A DNA stretch of 64,000 bases from Ranitomeya imitator (taxonomy: Eukaryota): the NCBI RefSeq assembly GCF_032444005.1, contig NC_091286.1:624092001-624156000 (forward strand). Reading direction: 5' to 3'. Both the position numbers and the translations under genes were made by a program. The notes under the pieces are model-generated. The model was given only the letters and a program-made list of their open reading frames with translations. It had not been told where the DNA came from and searched no databases. This document shows, piece by piece, positions 22,331 through 34,250 of the stretch; position 1 is the stretch's first letter, and every line of letters begins with the position of its first letter.

Positions 22331-23635
22331 TAAAACAAATTGGAGCTGAAGTAAATTTTTTGTGAAAAAAAGTTAAATGTTAATTTTTATTTAAACATTC
22401 CAAAAATTCCTGTGAAGCACCTGAAGGGTTAATAAACTTCTTGAATGTGGTTTTGAGAACCTTGAGGGGTGCAGTTTTTAGAATGGTGTCACACTTGGGT
22501 ATTTTCTATCATATAGACCCCTCAAAATGACTTCAAATGAGATGTGGTCCCTAAAATAAAATGGTGTTGTAAAAATGAGAAATTGCTGGTCAACTTTTAA
22601 CCCTTATAACTCCCTAACGAAAAAAAATTTTTGGTTCCAAAATTGTGCTGATGTAAAGTAGACATGTGGGAAATGTTACTTATTAAGTATTTTGTGTGAC
22701 ATATCTCTGTGATTTAATTGCATAAAAATTCAAAGTTGGAAAATTGCGAAATTTTCAAAATTTTCGCCAAATTTCCATTTTTTTCACAAATAAACGCAGG
22801 TAATATCAAAGAAATTTTACCACTATCATGAAGTACAATATGTCACGAGAAAACAATGTCAGAATCACCGGGATCCGTTGAAGCGTTCCAGAGTTATAAC
22901 CTCATAAAGGGACAGTGGTCAGAATTGTAAAAATTGACCCGGTCCATAACGTGCAAACCACCCTTGGGGGTAAAGGGGTTAAAGTCCAAACGACAGCCAC
23001 CCCCTGCGATCGTTCGAAAATAAATGAATGAAAAACCCGACATTGGTTTCCCCTATTTTATTGAACCAACCAGACAAAACACACAGCTGGATGGTTAACA
23101 AGAATAGAGGGGTCCCCATGCTGTTTTTTAAATTATTTAAATAAACAATTTTAAAAAATGGCATGGGGTCCTCCCCCATTTTTGACAACCAGCCTTGCTA
23201 AAGCTCACAGCTGGGGGCTGATATTCTCAGGCTGGTAAGGGGCCATTGATATAGATCCCCCAGCCTAAAAACAGCAGCCTGCAGCTGCCCAGAAAAGGCG
23301 CATCTATTTGATGTGCCTTTTCTGGTGCTTTGCCCGGCTTTTCCTACTTGCCCTGTAGCGATGGCAAGTGGGGTAATTTTTGTGGGGTTGATGTCACCTT
23401 TCAGGTGGCATCAAGCCCACAGCTTAGTAATGGAGAGGAGTCTATAAGACACCTATCCATTACTAATCCTATAGTTATAATGTTAAATAAAGACATGGCT
23501 AGAATAAAGTCTTTTATTTCAAAAAATTACACAGACACCCTAAACTAAACCATACTTACTGCAACACCTAATTCCCCAACGCCCTCGATCTCCTGTAATA
23601 AATGTAAAATAATAAACCAAAAATATACCATACCT

Positions 23636-24422
23636 AATATCAACCAAGATGCTAAGTACATATTAACAAGAATCTGGAAAAAAAGAAACACGTATATATG
23701 ATGATCCCCCAGACTCTATATAATCGCTCCAAATATCAGATATGAAAAAAGGAGAAATGGCAGCATATAGTCAAATTGTAAAACAAACAATCATTATTTA
23801 TACAAAACACTTTAAAAAAGGGGTATAGGACATAAATATGCATAGTAATGTAGCCATAACATGACATGAATAGGGGAAGGAAACATCCCACATCCCACCC
23901 CCCCAAACGTAGAGTAATCAGATAGTCGCAGTCTAACACCAGGAGGGCACCTATGCGGGTGACCACATAAAGACACCAGATAGGTGAAAGCCAACAACAC
24001 ACTGGCAAAAAGCAGAGATCTCTACACAGTAATAATACCTAACAAGTAGGTACCTACCTCTGTACAGGACTAGACAAAATGTCTATGCTACCACTCATGG
24101 TCCCTGCCACACCAAACCGTATCATGTATAAAGAGTAATGAGGTAATACGGTGTGACGGGGAACCACCGCTACATATAGCACCAAATGGAGAATACACAG
24201 CCAGTGTGTGAAGACGGCCGAGAAAAGGCCCAGTGCAAACACTAATTAGAAAACACGCCAAGTGCTCACCTAATGTCTGTGGGGGGAGAGAGATGGGGGG
24301 GTCCCGCCGGTGTAGACGCCCCGACGCGCGTTTTGCGGCGTGAACACGCCGCTTCCTCAAGGGGAGTATATCATAAGGCAGAGCAGGACCTGCCTATAAC
24401 CTCCCCGACCCTAGTCACCTGT
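23636..24422 (-). repeat. PLE2 3' pseudo-LTR (~790 bp)
   Basis: Near-identical direct repeat of 28952-29741. Confidence 0.92.
24319..24364 (-). ncRNA. Hammerhead-like motif in PLE2 3' pLTR (non-canonical core)
   Basis: Minus strand CCCC-TTGAGGA-A-GCGGCG-TGTTCA-CGCCGC-AAAA-CGCGCG-TC-GGGG; the canonical GAAA reads AAAA. Confidence 0.6.
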
Positions 24423-25093
24423 TAAAATTTAGCCAATCCGGGCGGCGCTAGCGGCGCATGCGCGCTGCGGCGGGTAAGCCCGGCAGGAGGACCTGGCGCC
24501 CAGCCCAGCATAGAGATCAGGTGAAAAACACCAGAAACTGCACGCTGGACAGAGAGGACGCCGGCCCACATACCAAAGCCGCCCACCTGCAGGGCCGCAA
24601 GGGAGGCGTGTCCACCAAAAGTGAACAAAGGAAAATACGGGGACACAAGGAATAAGGTGACCTGAGCAAAGACACCCCACCACATTATATGCACACATCC
24701 CAACGCGATATGTACACAGTTGTAATAAAATACATCACACAATGAATACAAGATATACAATAGTAATAGTAATCCGATCCGCCCTGAGGCCAGGGCAATA
24801 TCACTTGTGATGCACATACTCCGTGGTCTCCGTGGACAATATATATGGTGATCGGAGGTCTTGTAATCCATGTAGATGGCAAAACTGGATGTCAATTAAC
24901 AATATCTGTGGAGGAGTGAGCATAGCTCAGAGCCGGGGAAGCCACAGACAGGGCTCACATAACATAGGACACTAAATAAGAAAGAAAAAATAAAAATGAA
25001 TTAAAAACAAGTTAAAACAAAAAGGAAAAACACCGGTGGAACTCGGAACCTATATGATGGAAAACATCACACCAGGAGAGAATCTCATGGAGG

Positions 25094-28000
25094 CTAGAGA
25101 TAGGGAGCAAAACTAAAGGTACTGTCACACTAAACGATATCGCTAGCGATCCGTGACGTTGCAGCGTCCTCGCTAGCGATATCGTCCAGTGTGACAGGCA
25201 GCAGCGATCAGGCCCCTGCTGTGCTGTCACTGGTCGGGGAAGAAAGTCCAGAACTTTATTTGGTCGCTGGACTCCCCGCAGACATCGCTGAATCGGCGTG
25301 TGTGACACCGATTCAGCGATGTCTTCACTGGTAACCAGGGTAAACATCGGGTAACTAAGCGCAGGGCCGCGCTTAGTAACCCGATGTTTACCCTGGTTAC
25401 CATCCTAAAAGTAAAAAAAACAAACAGTACATACTTACCTACAGCCGTCTGTCCTCCAGCGCTGTGCTCTGCACTCCTCCTGTACTGGCTGTGAGCGTCG
25501 GTCAGCCGGAAAGCAGAGCGGTGACGTCACCGCTCTGCTTTCCGGCCGCTGTGCTCACACAGACAGTACAGGAGGAGTGCAGAGCACAGCGCTGGAGGAC
25601 AGACGGCTGTAGGTAAGTATGTAGTGTTTGTTTTTTTTACTTTTAGGATGGTAACCAGGGTAAACATCGGGTTACTAAGCGCGGCCCTGCGCTTAGTTAC
25701 CCGATGTTTACCCTGGTTACTGGCATCGTTGGTCGCTGGAGAGCGGTCTGTGTGACAGCTCTCCAGCGACCAAACAGCGACGCTGCAGCGATCCAGATCG
25801 TTGTCGGTATCGCTGCAGCGTCGCTAAGTGTGACGGTACCTTAAGGGACTCATTAAGACCCTTAGGGGTCACAGTATCAAGTATAGCAATCCACTTAGTC
25901 TCAATCTGTGCTAATCTTTTCTTATTGTCCCCACCTCTGACACCCAAGTGAAGTACATCAATCCCCTGCACCACAAGTAATTTCTCATTGCAATTATGAT
26001 GCAACTTGAAGTGGCGGAGGATAGTCTAAAGATCTGCCAGTGCGGACACCGTCCTGGCCGCGCCAATGTCTCGCACATGCTCCCGTATGCGGACTCTAAG
26101 TTCACGCGTGGTGAGACCAACGTATATCCTGGGACATGGACACGTCGCATAATATATGACATTGCTAGAGCCACAGGATATACGTTGTCTAATTTGGAAC
26201 GTTTTGGAGCCATCGCTGGAAGTAAAGTCAGAGCAGCGCAAGACATTGGCGCAGGCAAGACAGTGCCCGCACGGGACGCATCCAGGACGAGGACCACTAG
26301 AACCAAAGAAATTCCTATCCAGGGTTGGAGTATAATGGCTCCGCACCAATAAATTGCTGAGATTAGTCCCTCTCCTGGGAGTCATGAGAGGAAAGGAGCC
26401 CAGGGCAGCACGCAGGGAAGGCTCTACCTGAAGGACAGGCCAATGTTTTTTCAAGATGGCCCTCATACTCTCCCATTCATGATTGTAGGAGGAGATGAAC
26501 CTGATACGTTCATCACCACTCACAGGCCGACGTCGAGAGTTAGGATGCAACAGATCACTACGTGATGTATTATGGGCCCGGTCATATGCAGCTTTGATAG
26601 ATCTGCGACTATACCCCCGGGCCATAAATCTCTCCTTTAAATCCGCGGCCTGTGACTCAAAACGGGCTTCCGTGGAACAAATCCGCCGCATCCTGAGGAA
26701 CTGTCCGACCGGGACAGCCCTAATAGTGGCTGGGTAGTGAGTGGAAGAAGCATGTAGTAAAGAATTAACGGCGGTCGGCTTCCTGTACACATCCGTCTGG
26801 ATGCGCCGGTCACAATCGACCTCCAGACGGACATCCAAGAAGTCGACCGCGGTTTCACTGCAGTTATAAGTCAACCGTATATTGAACGGGTTGTTATTGA
26901 GACTAGTAATAAATTCCTCGAGCTGGTGGGCAGACCCCCCCCCACAAAAACAAAACGTCATCGATATAGCGAAGCCAGCACAGCACATGGGCAGCAAGCG
27001 GTGAGCCCCCGTCGCCAAAAACCTCCCTCTCCCAGGCGCCAAGGAAGAGGTTAGCATACGAGGGCGCACACACCGCGCCCATGGCTGTGCCACGCTTTTG
27101 AAGATAAAAGGTATTTTTGAAGACGAAAAAATTGTGGGTGAGGATGTAGCCCACCAGCTCGAGGATCAGCTCACATTAGGAGCTGCCCAGGTCGGAGGCC
27201 CTCAGGAAGCGGCGGACAGCCGCCAAAACATCAGAGTGATCTATACAGGTATACAAACTCTCGACGTCGGCCGTTACAAAAATGGTGCCTTCATCCACAA
27301 GGATGCCGTCGACCCTAGACAGGACGTCCGTCGTGTCTTTAATAAATGACGGTAAAGTTTCGACTAATGGTTTGAGATAATAGTCGATAAAACAACAGAC
27401 AGGTTCACAAATGCTATCAATCCCAGACATGGGACGCCCTGGTGGGTCAAGGGCATCCTTGTGGATTTTAGGCAACAAATAAAAGGTTGGGACCCTCGGT
27501 GACTTTACCAACAAACCCTCAAAGGCCTGTTTGGTAATCACGTTGGCATCGAGGGCACCAACCAAGATGTTCTGCAGCTACCGAAAGAAAGGGGCCATGG
27601 GATTGGAGGACAGCTTGAGGTAGGTACTTGAATCTTTGAGCTGCCGGAAAACTTCCTGCTCATATTTAACACACGGCCAGACCACCACGTTTCCCCCTTA
27701 TCCGCTTGCTTGAAGACAACGTCCTTCATAGATTTTAGTTGTTGGATAGCCAGACGTTGCCTGGAGGTAAGGTTGTCAAACGTTCGACGTGCAGACAATT
27801 TCTGAGGTCCTCATCAACCAATTTGGTGAAGACCTCTATTGCCGGGGATAAGGACAAGGGGGGAAACCTGGTTGATCTGGGACGGGTGGACGGAGGAAAT
27901 TTACTTACGTCTGGTGTTTGCTGTTCCTCAAGCAAGTCCTCCAAGTCACGAAGAGTCTCCCTCTCAATATCACTCATCCCCATATACGGATCTCTGCCAG

Positions 28001-28912
28001 AGTGGAGTTTCTTGAGGATGAGTTTACGGGAAAAAAATGTAGATCCTTTACCGCTGCAAAATAATTGAAAGAATTGGTGGGAGAAAAGGTAAGACCCTTA
28101 CCGAGAACATCTAACTGATCCTCAGAAAGGGTATGGGTAGAGAGATTAAACACCTGTAAACGTCCCTGCGTACCAACCTGGGCAACCCTCCCTCCGGAGG
28201 TCTGTGTCTTATTATACTGTCTTGTGGCCATTCTTTTATCACCAGGTCCCGAGGTAACTATGCCAATGGGTTGAGAGGTGGGGACAACGTCACATGTGGA
28301 CCTGTTGGAGCGGGTAGAGGTGGATCTAGATCTTGAGTGGAAGCCATTGCGAGATCTAAAACGGGCTTGTCCAGACGGATTCTGCCACCTGTACACCCTA
28401 GAGTGTTGTTTATCTTGAATATCACGCTGGAATTTTTTGGCCTTAGAGGCCTGAATCTCTTTAGCCCATCTCTGAAGCTCCACATCCACCTCATCATTTA
28501 ATTTTTTTAAAGCATCGCCCGTCATGTCCTTGTGTAACGTAGCCTGTAGCCCGTCTATCTCTGTCTCAATTGACTCCAGTGATTTTTGGTTAGTTTGTTT
28601 CAAGAGGACCATGAATCCTTTGGAGCAGGTGTTAATAAGGTCCTCCCATTTCCCCCTAAACTCCTCGTCATCGACCGGGAAAGAGGGAAAGACTTGGATG
28701 CGAAGTCCCCTCGGAATAAGATCTTTTTGGATGTACTTGTCAAGGAATTCATAATTCCAGCAAATACGCGTCCGTTTGCGTAGCAGATCTTTAAATTGTG
28801 TGATAACCTCCTGTAACTCTCTGGTGGGTCCATCACTACCCCCTTCAATGCTGTCATGGAATACCTCATTAAGTTGTGCACGCCAGGTGCGATCGCGTGC
28901 ACGAAAGTCCAT
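25094..28912 (-). pseudogene. PLE2 polyprotein (N-terminal domain, RT, GIY-YIG), multiple frameshifts, MITE insertion
   Basis: Fragments across frames: IPRGLRI, NLSTHTLSEDQLDVLGKGLTFSPT, PTFYLLPKIHK, GTAMG, RYIDD, VIYYATCPCPRIYVGLT. With the MITE removed the C-terminus reads GLNESLSFAPYL* (stop 25094-25096). Confidence 0.9.
25117..25841. mobile_element. MITE family H1 inserted in the last codons of the PLE2 ORF
   Basis: TIR AGGTACTGTCACACT...AGTGTGACGGTACCT, TAA TSD (25114-25116, 25842-25844). Confidence 0.9.
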
Positions 28913-28951
28913 AGTAATAGCGACAACAGCTGTGAAACACACAGGAATAAT

Positions 28952-29741
28952 TAATATCAACCAAGATGCTAAGTACATATTAACAAGAATCTGGAAAAAA
29001 AGAAACACGTATATATGATGATCCCCCAGACTCTATATAATCGCTCCAAATATCAGATATGAAAAAAGGAGAAATGGGAGCATATAGTCAAATTGTAAAA
29101 CAAACAATCTTTATTTATACAAAACATTTTAAAAAAGGGGTATAGGACATAAATATGCATAGTAATGTAGCCATAACATGACATGAATAGGGGAAGGAAA
29201 CATCCCACATCCCACCCCCCCAAACGGAGAGTAATCAGATAGTCGTAGTCTAACACCAGGAGGGCACCTATGCGGGTGACCACATAAAGACACCAGATAG
29301 GTGAAAGCCAACAACACACTGGCAAAAAGCAGAGATCTCTACACAGTAATAGTGCCTAACAAGTAGGTGGCTACCTCTGTACATGACTAGACAAAATGTC
29401 TATGCTACCACTCATGGTCCCTGCCACACCAAACCGTATCATGTATAAAGAGTAATGAGGTAATACGGTGTGACGGGGAACCACCGCTACATATAGCACC
29501 AAATGGAGAATACACAGCCAGTGTGTGAAGACGGCCGAGAAAAGGCCCAGTGCAAACACTAATTAGAAAACACGCCAGGTGCTCACCTAATGTCCGTGGG
29601 GGGAGAGAGATGGGGGGGGGTCCCGCCGGTGTAGACGCCCCGACGCGCGTTTTGCGGCGTGAACACGCCGCTTCCTCAAGGGGAGTATATCATAAGGCAG
29701 AGCAGGACCTGCCTATAACCTCCCTGACCCTAGTCACCTGT
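28952..29741 (-). repeat. PLE2 5' pseudo-LTR
   Basis: Direct repeat of 23636-24422, immediately upstream of and overlapping the ORF start. Confidence 0.92.
29638..29683 (-). ncRNA. Hammerhead-like motif in PLE2 5' pLTR (non-canonical core)
   Basis: Same motif as 24319-24364, including AAAA in place of GAAA. Confidence 0.6.
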
Positions 29742-31586
29742 AAAAACTTTTTTAAAGTGTTTTGTATAAATAAAGATTGTTTGTTTTACAATTTGACTAT
29801 ATGCTCCCATTTCTCCTTTTTTTAATATACCATACCTGTCCGTCGTTGTGTCCCACGCTGTAATCCATATCTGGGGTATATACAGTTTTTCAACCAGGAC
29901 GGTGCCAAGATGCAACCATCCCAGCTGAAAACCACTGATTAATGAGTGGCTGATAGCGCAGCATCATTCACCAGTGGTGACATCATCACTGGCTTTTTCC
30001 CACTGTCCAGAGGTTACCTCAGTTCAGCCCGGCAAGTGGTGATGTCACCGCTGGTGAATGATGCTGCGCTTATTTTTTGCGTGCTGAGCTGACATTTTTC
30101 TTCATACCATTTTGGTATAGCTACGATCTTTGGATTGCCCGTTATTGCATTTTATTGCAATATGGCGGAGACAAAAAAATTTAATTCTGGCGTTTTTATT
30201 TTTTTATCGTTACACTGTTTACTGATTGGGATAATTCTTTTTTTATATTGATAGACTGGGAGATTCTGGGAGATTCTGAATATGATATCAAATATGTGTA
30301 TGTTTGATTTTTTAAAAATTGTTTTATTTTGAATGGGCAAAAGGGGGGTGATTTGAATTTTTACTTATTTTTTAAAACATTTTTTTTTTACCTTTTGCAT
30401 GCTGCAATGGTCTCCAGACTACAAATTGCTGTTGTCTGATCGGCTATGCTACATACAGGTGATGATCAGATCGCCTGTATGTAGCAGAAATGCTCACTTG
30501 TCCGGTGGTCGGCGCTCATAGGAATCCAGCTCTGACAACAATAGAGGTCTGCTAGAGACCTCTGGTGGTCATGCCGCGTTCACGTAATGGGGTCACCAAT
30601 GGGTGGGATTTCCAGCGCGCTTACCGGAAGCGTTTATCAAAACAGCTGACAAGTGCCGGAAAAGATGTGGACTCAGCCCACATCAAATGGAGGGATTCCG
30701 ATGTGGACATACTATCATGCCCAACTTCAAAAGGGGTTTTATCTATTTATCAACATAGTCTAAAAGCTGTCTTTGTTTCCCAGCGTAGCTTCTATTGGTT
30801 GCTATGGACAACCAAGACTTCTTGTAGAAAACATTGAGGATCCTACTCTTGTTTTTTTTAAATCTGCTGCTTGTTACTAATCGCTCATGATGAAGATTCA
30901 CATTAATATTAGGCTAATTTAACAAGCGAGAGTACGTGCTCAAGAATTAAGGATTTTGTGTTTAATGGCCATTTTGCGCACTTTAATGTGAAGATATCCT
31001 TTATTGCAAATGTGTTCAAGGAATAAACCAGATACTGATTAAAAGTATAGATCATCAAAGCGACACAGTGATTATAGGTGTTCAAAGTCTAACTTAACAT
31101 CACCCACTGCGAGAGAACATGTAATAAGTTCAAAAAGATCTAAAAATATTAATAAGTGCCTCTACTAAAGTGAAATGTGTTCTGTATCACCCTGATGCCA
31201 ATTCAATAAAAAATATGCGTCTATTAATACTGATAAACAGGGGATATAAAACCACTGAAAACCACACAAGGTGTAATTTCACTATCCACACATGTGGGGC
31301 AAAAGGAAAAAAAAAAGGGAAAAATGGAAGGAAGGAGAAAAACAAAGAAAAATATTTTTTTTCTCTTGTTTTGACCAGCCCAAAACATTGCAATACTACA
31401 GGACTGTCTCAGCATNNNNNNNNNNNNNNNNNNNNNNNNNNNNNNNNNNNNNNNNNNNNNNNNNNNNNNNNNNNNNNNNNNNNNNNNNNNNNNNNNNNNN
31501 NNNNNNNNNNNNNNNNNNNNNNNNNNNNNNNNNNNNNNNNNNNNNNNNNNNNNNNNNNNNNNNNTAGAATTTGTCCCCCTCTTATT

Positions 31587-31800
31587 CAATTGTGCTCAAA
31601 AGTTTACATACCCCGGCAGAATTTTTTGCTTTCTTGGCCTTTTTTCAGAGAATATGAACGATAACACCAAAACTTTTTCTCCATTCATGGTTAGTGGTTG
31701 GGTGAAGCCATTTATTGTCAAACTATTGTGTTTTCTCTTTTTAAATCATAATGACAATCCAAAACATCCAAATGACCCTGATCAAAAGTTCACATACCCT
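31587..31800 (+). mobile_element. Tc1/mariner (IR/DR, Sleeping Beauty-like) terminal fragment
   Basis: CAATTGTGCTCAAAAGTTTACATACCC outer DR, with an inner DR TGATCAAAAGTTCACATACCC ~190 bp inward; no transposase. Confidence 0.7.
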
Positions 31801-32584
31801 GCATGGGGTCTACGTCTCACCCCTACTGCTTAAATCAGATTTTTGTGTTAACTGTAAGTTTTTATTTTGGCAATGTTTTTTTTCCACATCACAATCTGTA
31901 TTAAAAATAAAAAATAGAAATCTTGCAATTTTATAACTGTCCACTAGGTCTTTTTCACCACCTCTAAAACACGTGTACATTAGCTGCAATAAGACAGACT
32001 TTGACAGTATATTTTGTAGTGAATCATCTAATGCATGGAAAATGTCATTGTGAAGAAAGGGTTAGCAGGAACAGATGTGACATCACCTATAATGATTGGT
32101 GGATACTTCGTTATCGGTTGAGTATAGAGATGTTACTCACCATTGTAATCTTGCCTATGATAATAACATGCCTCCCATATTTTGCGCACTGCTGGAAATT
32201 TTGCCCATGCCCCTGGCCACACCCCAATTCACGCACATTTACCATTATCTTTCTTCCCTGGCAGGAGGAGTTCTCAGAGGGGCGGTGGCAGTGAGGGACA
32301 TTCAGCAGTCACTCAAGGCCCAAATCTAGGTCTGTCCACTGCATCCAGGACAGTAGGGACAAGAGATGGGCGGACGTATTCATGGGTCTCTGATCCAGCA
32401 TGCAAGTCAGTGGTACCTGGTGGCTGGATGGGAAGCTATGAATCTCTAACTTTCCAAGGGCTTTTGATTAGTGAGAGTTGGTGGGACTTCATCTGTGCGT
32501 CCTGCTCATCTCTAGTTGAGACCTGTGGATTATTTTTTGTTTATCCATTCACAGTCAGAGCTGAGAGAACTTACTTAACTTTTG

Positions 32585-34250
32585 GGCTTTTTCACACATC
32601 CTGATATTTCTGAGATATCAATGTCAGTGTGCCCATGTGTTTAATACTTGTGGCATATGAGTGGGAACTGTGTGCCACATCAGTATCACACGTACCGACG
32701 CCTGGGAATCAGTGGTACTGTTCCAACTGTTCCCCAGCACCAGGTGCTGAAGACAGCTCACATGCACTGTGATCAACATGAGCAAGGGACAATGTTGAGA
32801 GTTGTATTCAAATGATAACAGCGAGAGCAGGTGGCAGCTGATGGGAGTATTCCTCATCCAGCACCTGCACTATAAATAGATAAATAAAAAGAAAAACTGG
32901 CATAGGTTCTATTTTTGATAACCAGACAGGTAAAACTGACAGCTGCAGACTGCATCCCTCAGCTGTCAGCTTTAGCAAGGCTGGTTATCAAGAATAAAGG
33001 GGTCCCCATATTGTTTTTTATTATTTAAATATTTAAAAATACCCGCATTGAGTCTTCCCCATTTTTTACAACCAGCCAAGCTAAAGCAGACAGCAGGTGG
33101 CTGGTAAGGGTCCATGGATATTGCCACCCACAGCCTAGAAATAGCAGCCAGCAGCCGCCCCAGAAGAGGAGTCTCTATTAGAAGCGCCAATTCTATGCCC
33201 ATCTCTTCCCATTTGCCCTGTGGCGGTGGCAAGTAAAGTTCATATTTATGGGGTTGATATCACCTTTATATTGTCTGGTGACATTAAGCCCATAGGGTAG
33301 TAATGGAGAGGCATCTATAAGACACCTATCTATTAATACCAGAAGAAGAGAGAAAAAAAGACTACACGATAATGTGCACACCTGAACTATCACAAAAATA
33401 TGCAAAAAAATTTATTGAAACAAAATGGAGAAACATATAATAACATTTAAAAACCAACAACCCTGCCAACACCCAAAATAAATGTATAAATACCTAGATA
33501 AAATGGAATACTCCACATAGGATATATTATAGTTATATTGTAAATAAACACACAGCAAGAATAAAGTCCTTTTATTTGGAATAAAAACAAAACAGACTTT
33601 GACGTAATTTTTATTTAAAAAAAAGCAAACACCGTTATACTCACCTAACGCCCATTCCATTAAATCCCTCATCTCCTGTAATTAAGAAAAAATAAAAAAC
33701 AACCACATTCCTCAACTGTCTGACATTCTGTTCCACACCATAATCCATGTCTGGAGATAAGCAGTTTTCAACCTGGATGATGCCAAGATGCAACCATCCA
33801 GACTGAGAGCCACTGGGGAATGAGCTGCTGCAAGTACAGCATCAGTGACCAGCGGTGACCCCATCGAGGTTACCACAAGTCACTGAGGCTGCAATCCCAG
33901 CCAGGCCCCTGAACTGCAGTGACCTCAGCTCCGTGAGAAAAAGTCTCATGGTGCAGCGCTCAGCTTAGTGACTTCACCGCAGTTCAGCTCAGTGAGTTAA
34001 TTCAGTGAGACATTTGTCCCCTGTAAACAGTCAAAAATAAAAGTCAGCAATAACCCTCACCTGTTCAAAGATGATAATTTCCCTCTGGTTACAGGTGTCA
34101 GCTGATGGGACTATTACTCCCATCAGCCAACACCTGCTGTCACTAATAACAGCGAGAGCAGGTGGCGGCTGATAGGAGTATTCATCAGCCTCCGCCTGCC
34201 CTATAAATAAATAAAAAAAAATGATTTGTGGTTCCTCTGTATTCTTGATA
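32585..34250. mobile_element. Decayed copy of the Harbinger-type host repeat seen at 18009/22983/29838
   Basis: Shared blocks: TCACAC.TCCTGATATTTC, GGGGTCCCCAT, GACAACCAGCC, TGCCAAGATGCAACCATCC. Boundaries approximate. Confidence 0.55.

Larger units (their letters stand above)
18245..22978. mobile_element. TTAA-flanked piggyBac-like non-autonomous DNA transposon
   Basis: TTAA|CCCCTTT ... AAAGGGG|TTAA termini (TSD 18241-18244, 22979-22982); no transposase ORF; internal tandem repeats. Confidence 0.75.
23636..29823 (-). mobile_element. Penelope-like retroelement PLE2, complete insertion
   Basis: 14-bp TSD AATATACCATACCT (23622-23635, 29824-29837); direct pLTRs 23636-24422 and 28952-29741; inverted pLTR fragment 29747-29823; decayed RT/GIY-YIG ORF between the pLTRs. 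Confidence 0.92.
18009..30070. mobile_element. Fragmented Harbinger-type host repeat (pieces ~18009-18240, 22983-23621, 29838-30070) interrupted by the piggyBac-like element and PLE2
   Basis: Starts TAA|GGCCGGTTTCACACGTCCTGATATTTC, similar to 32585 (GGCTTTTTCACACATCCTGATATTTC). The later pieces match 32900-33800 in order. The right end was not found. Confidence 0.55.
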
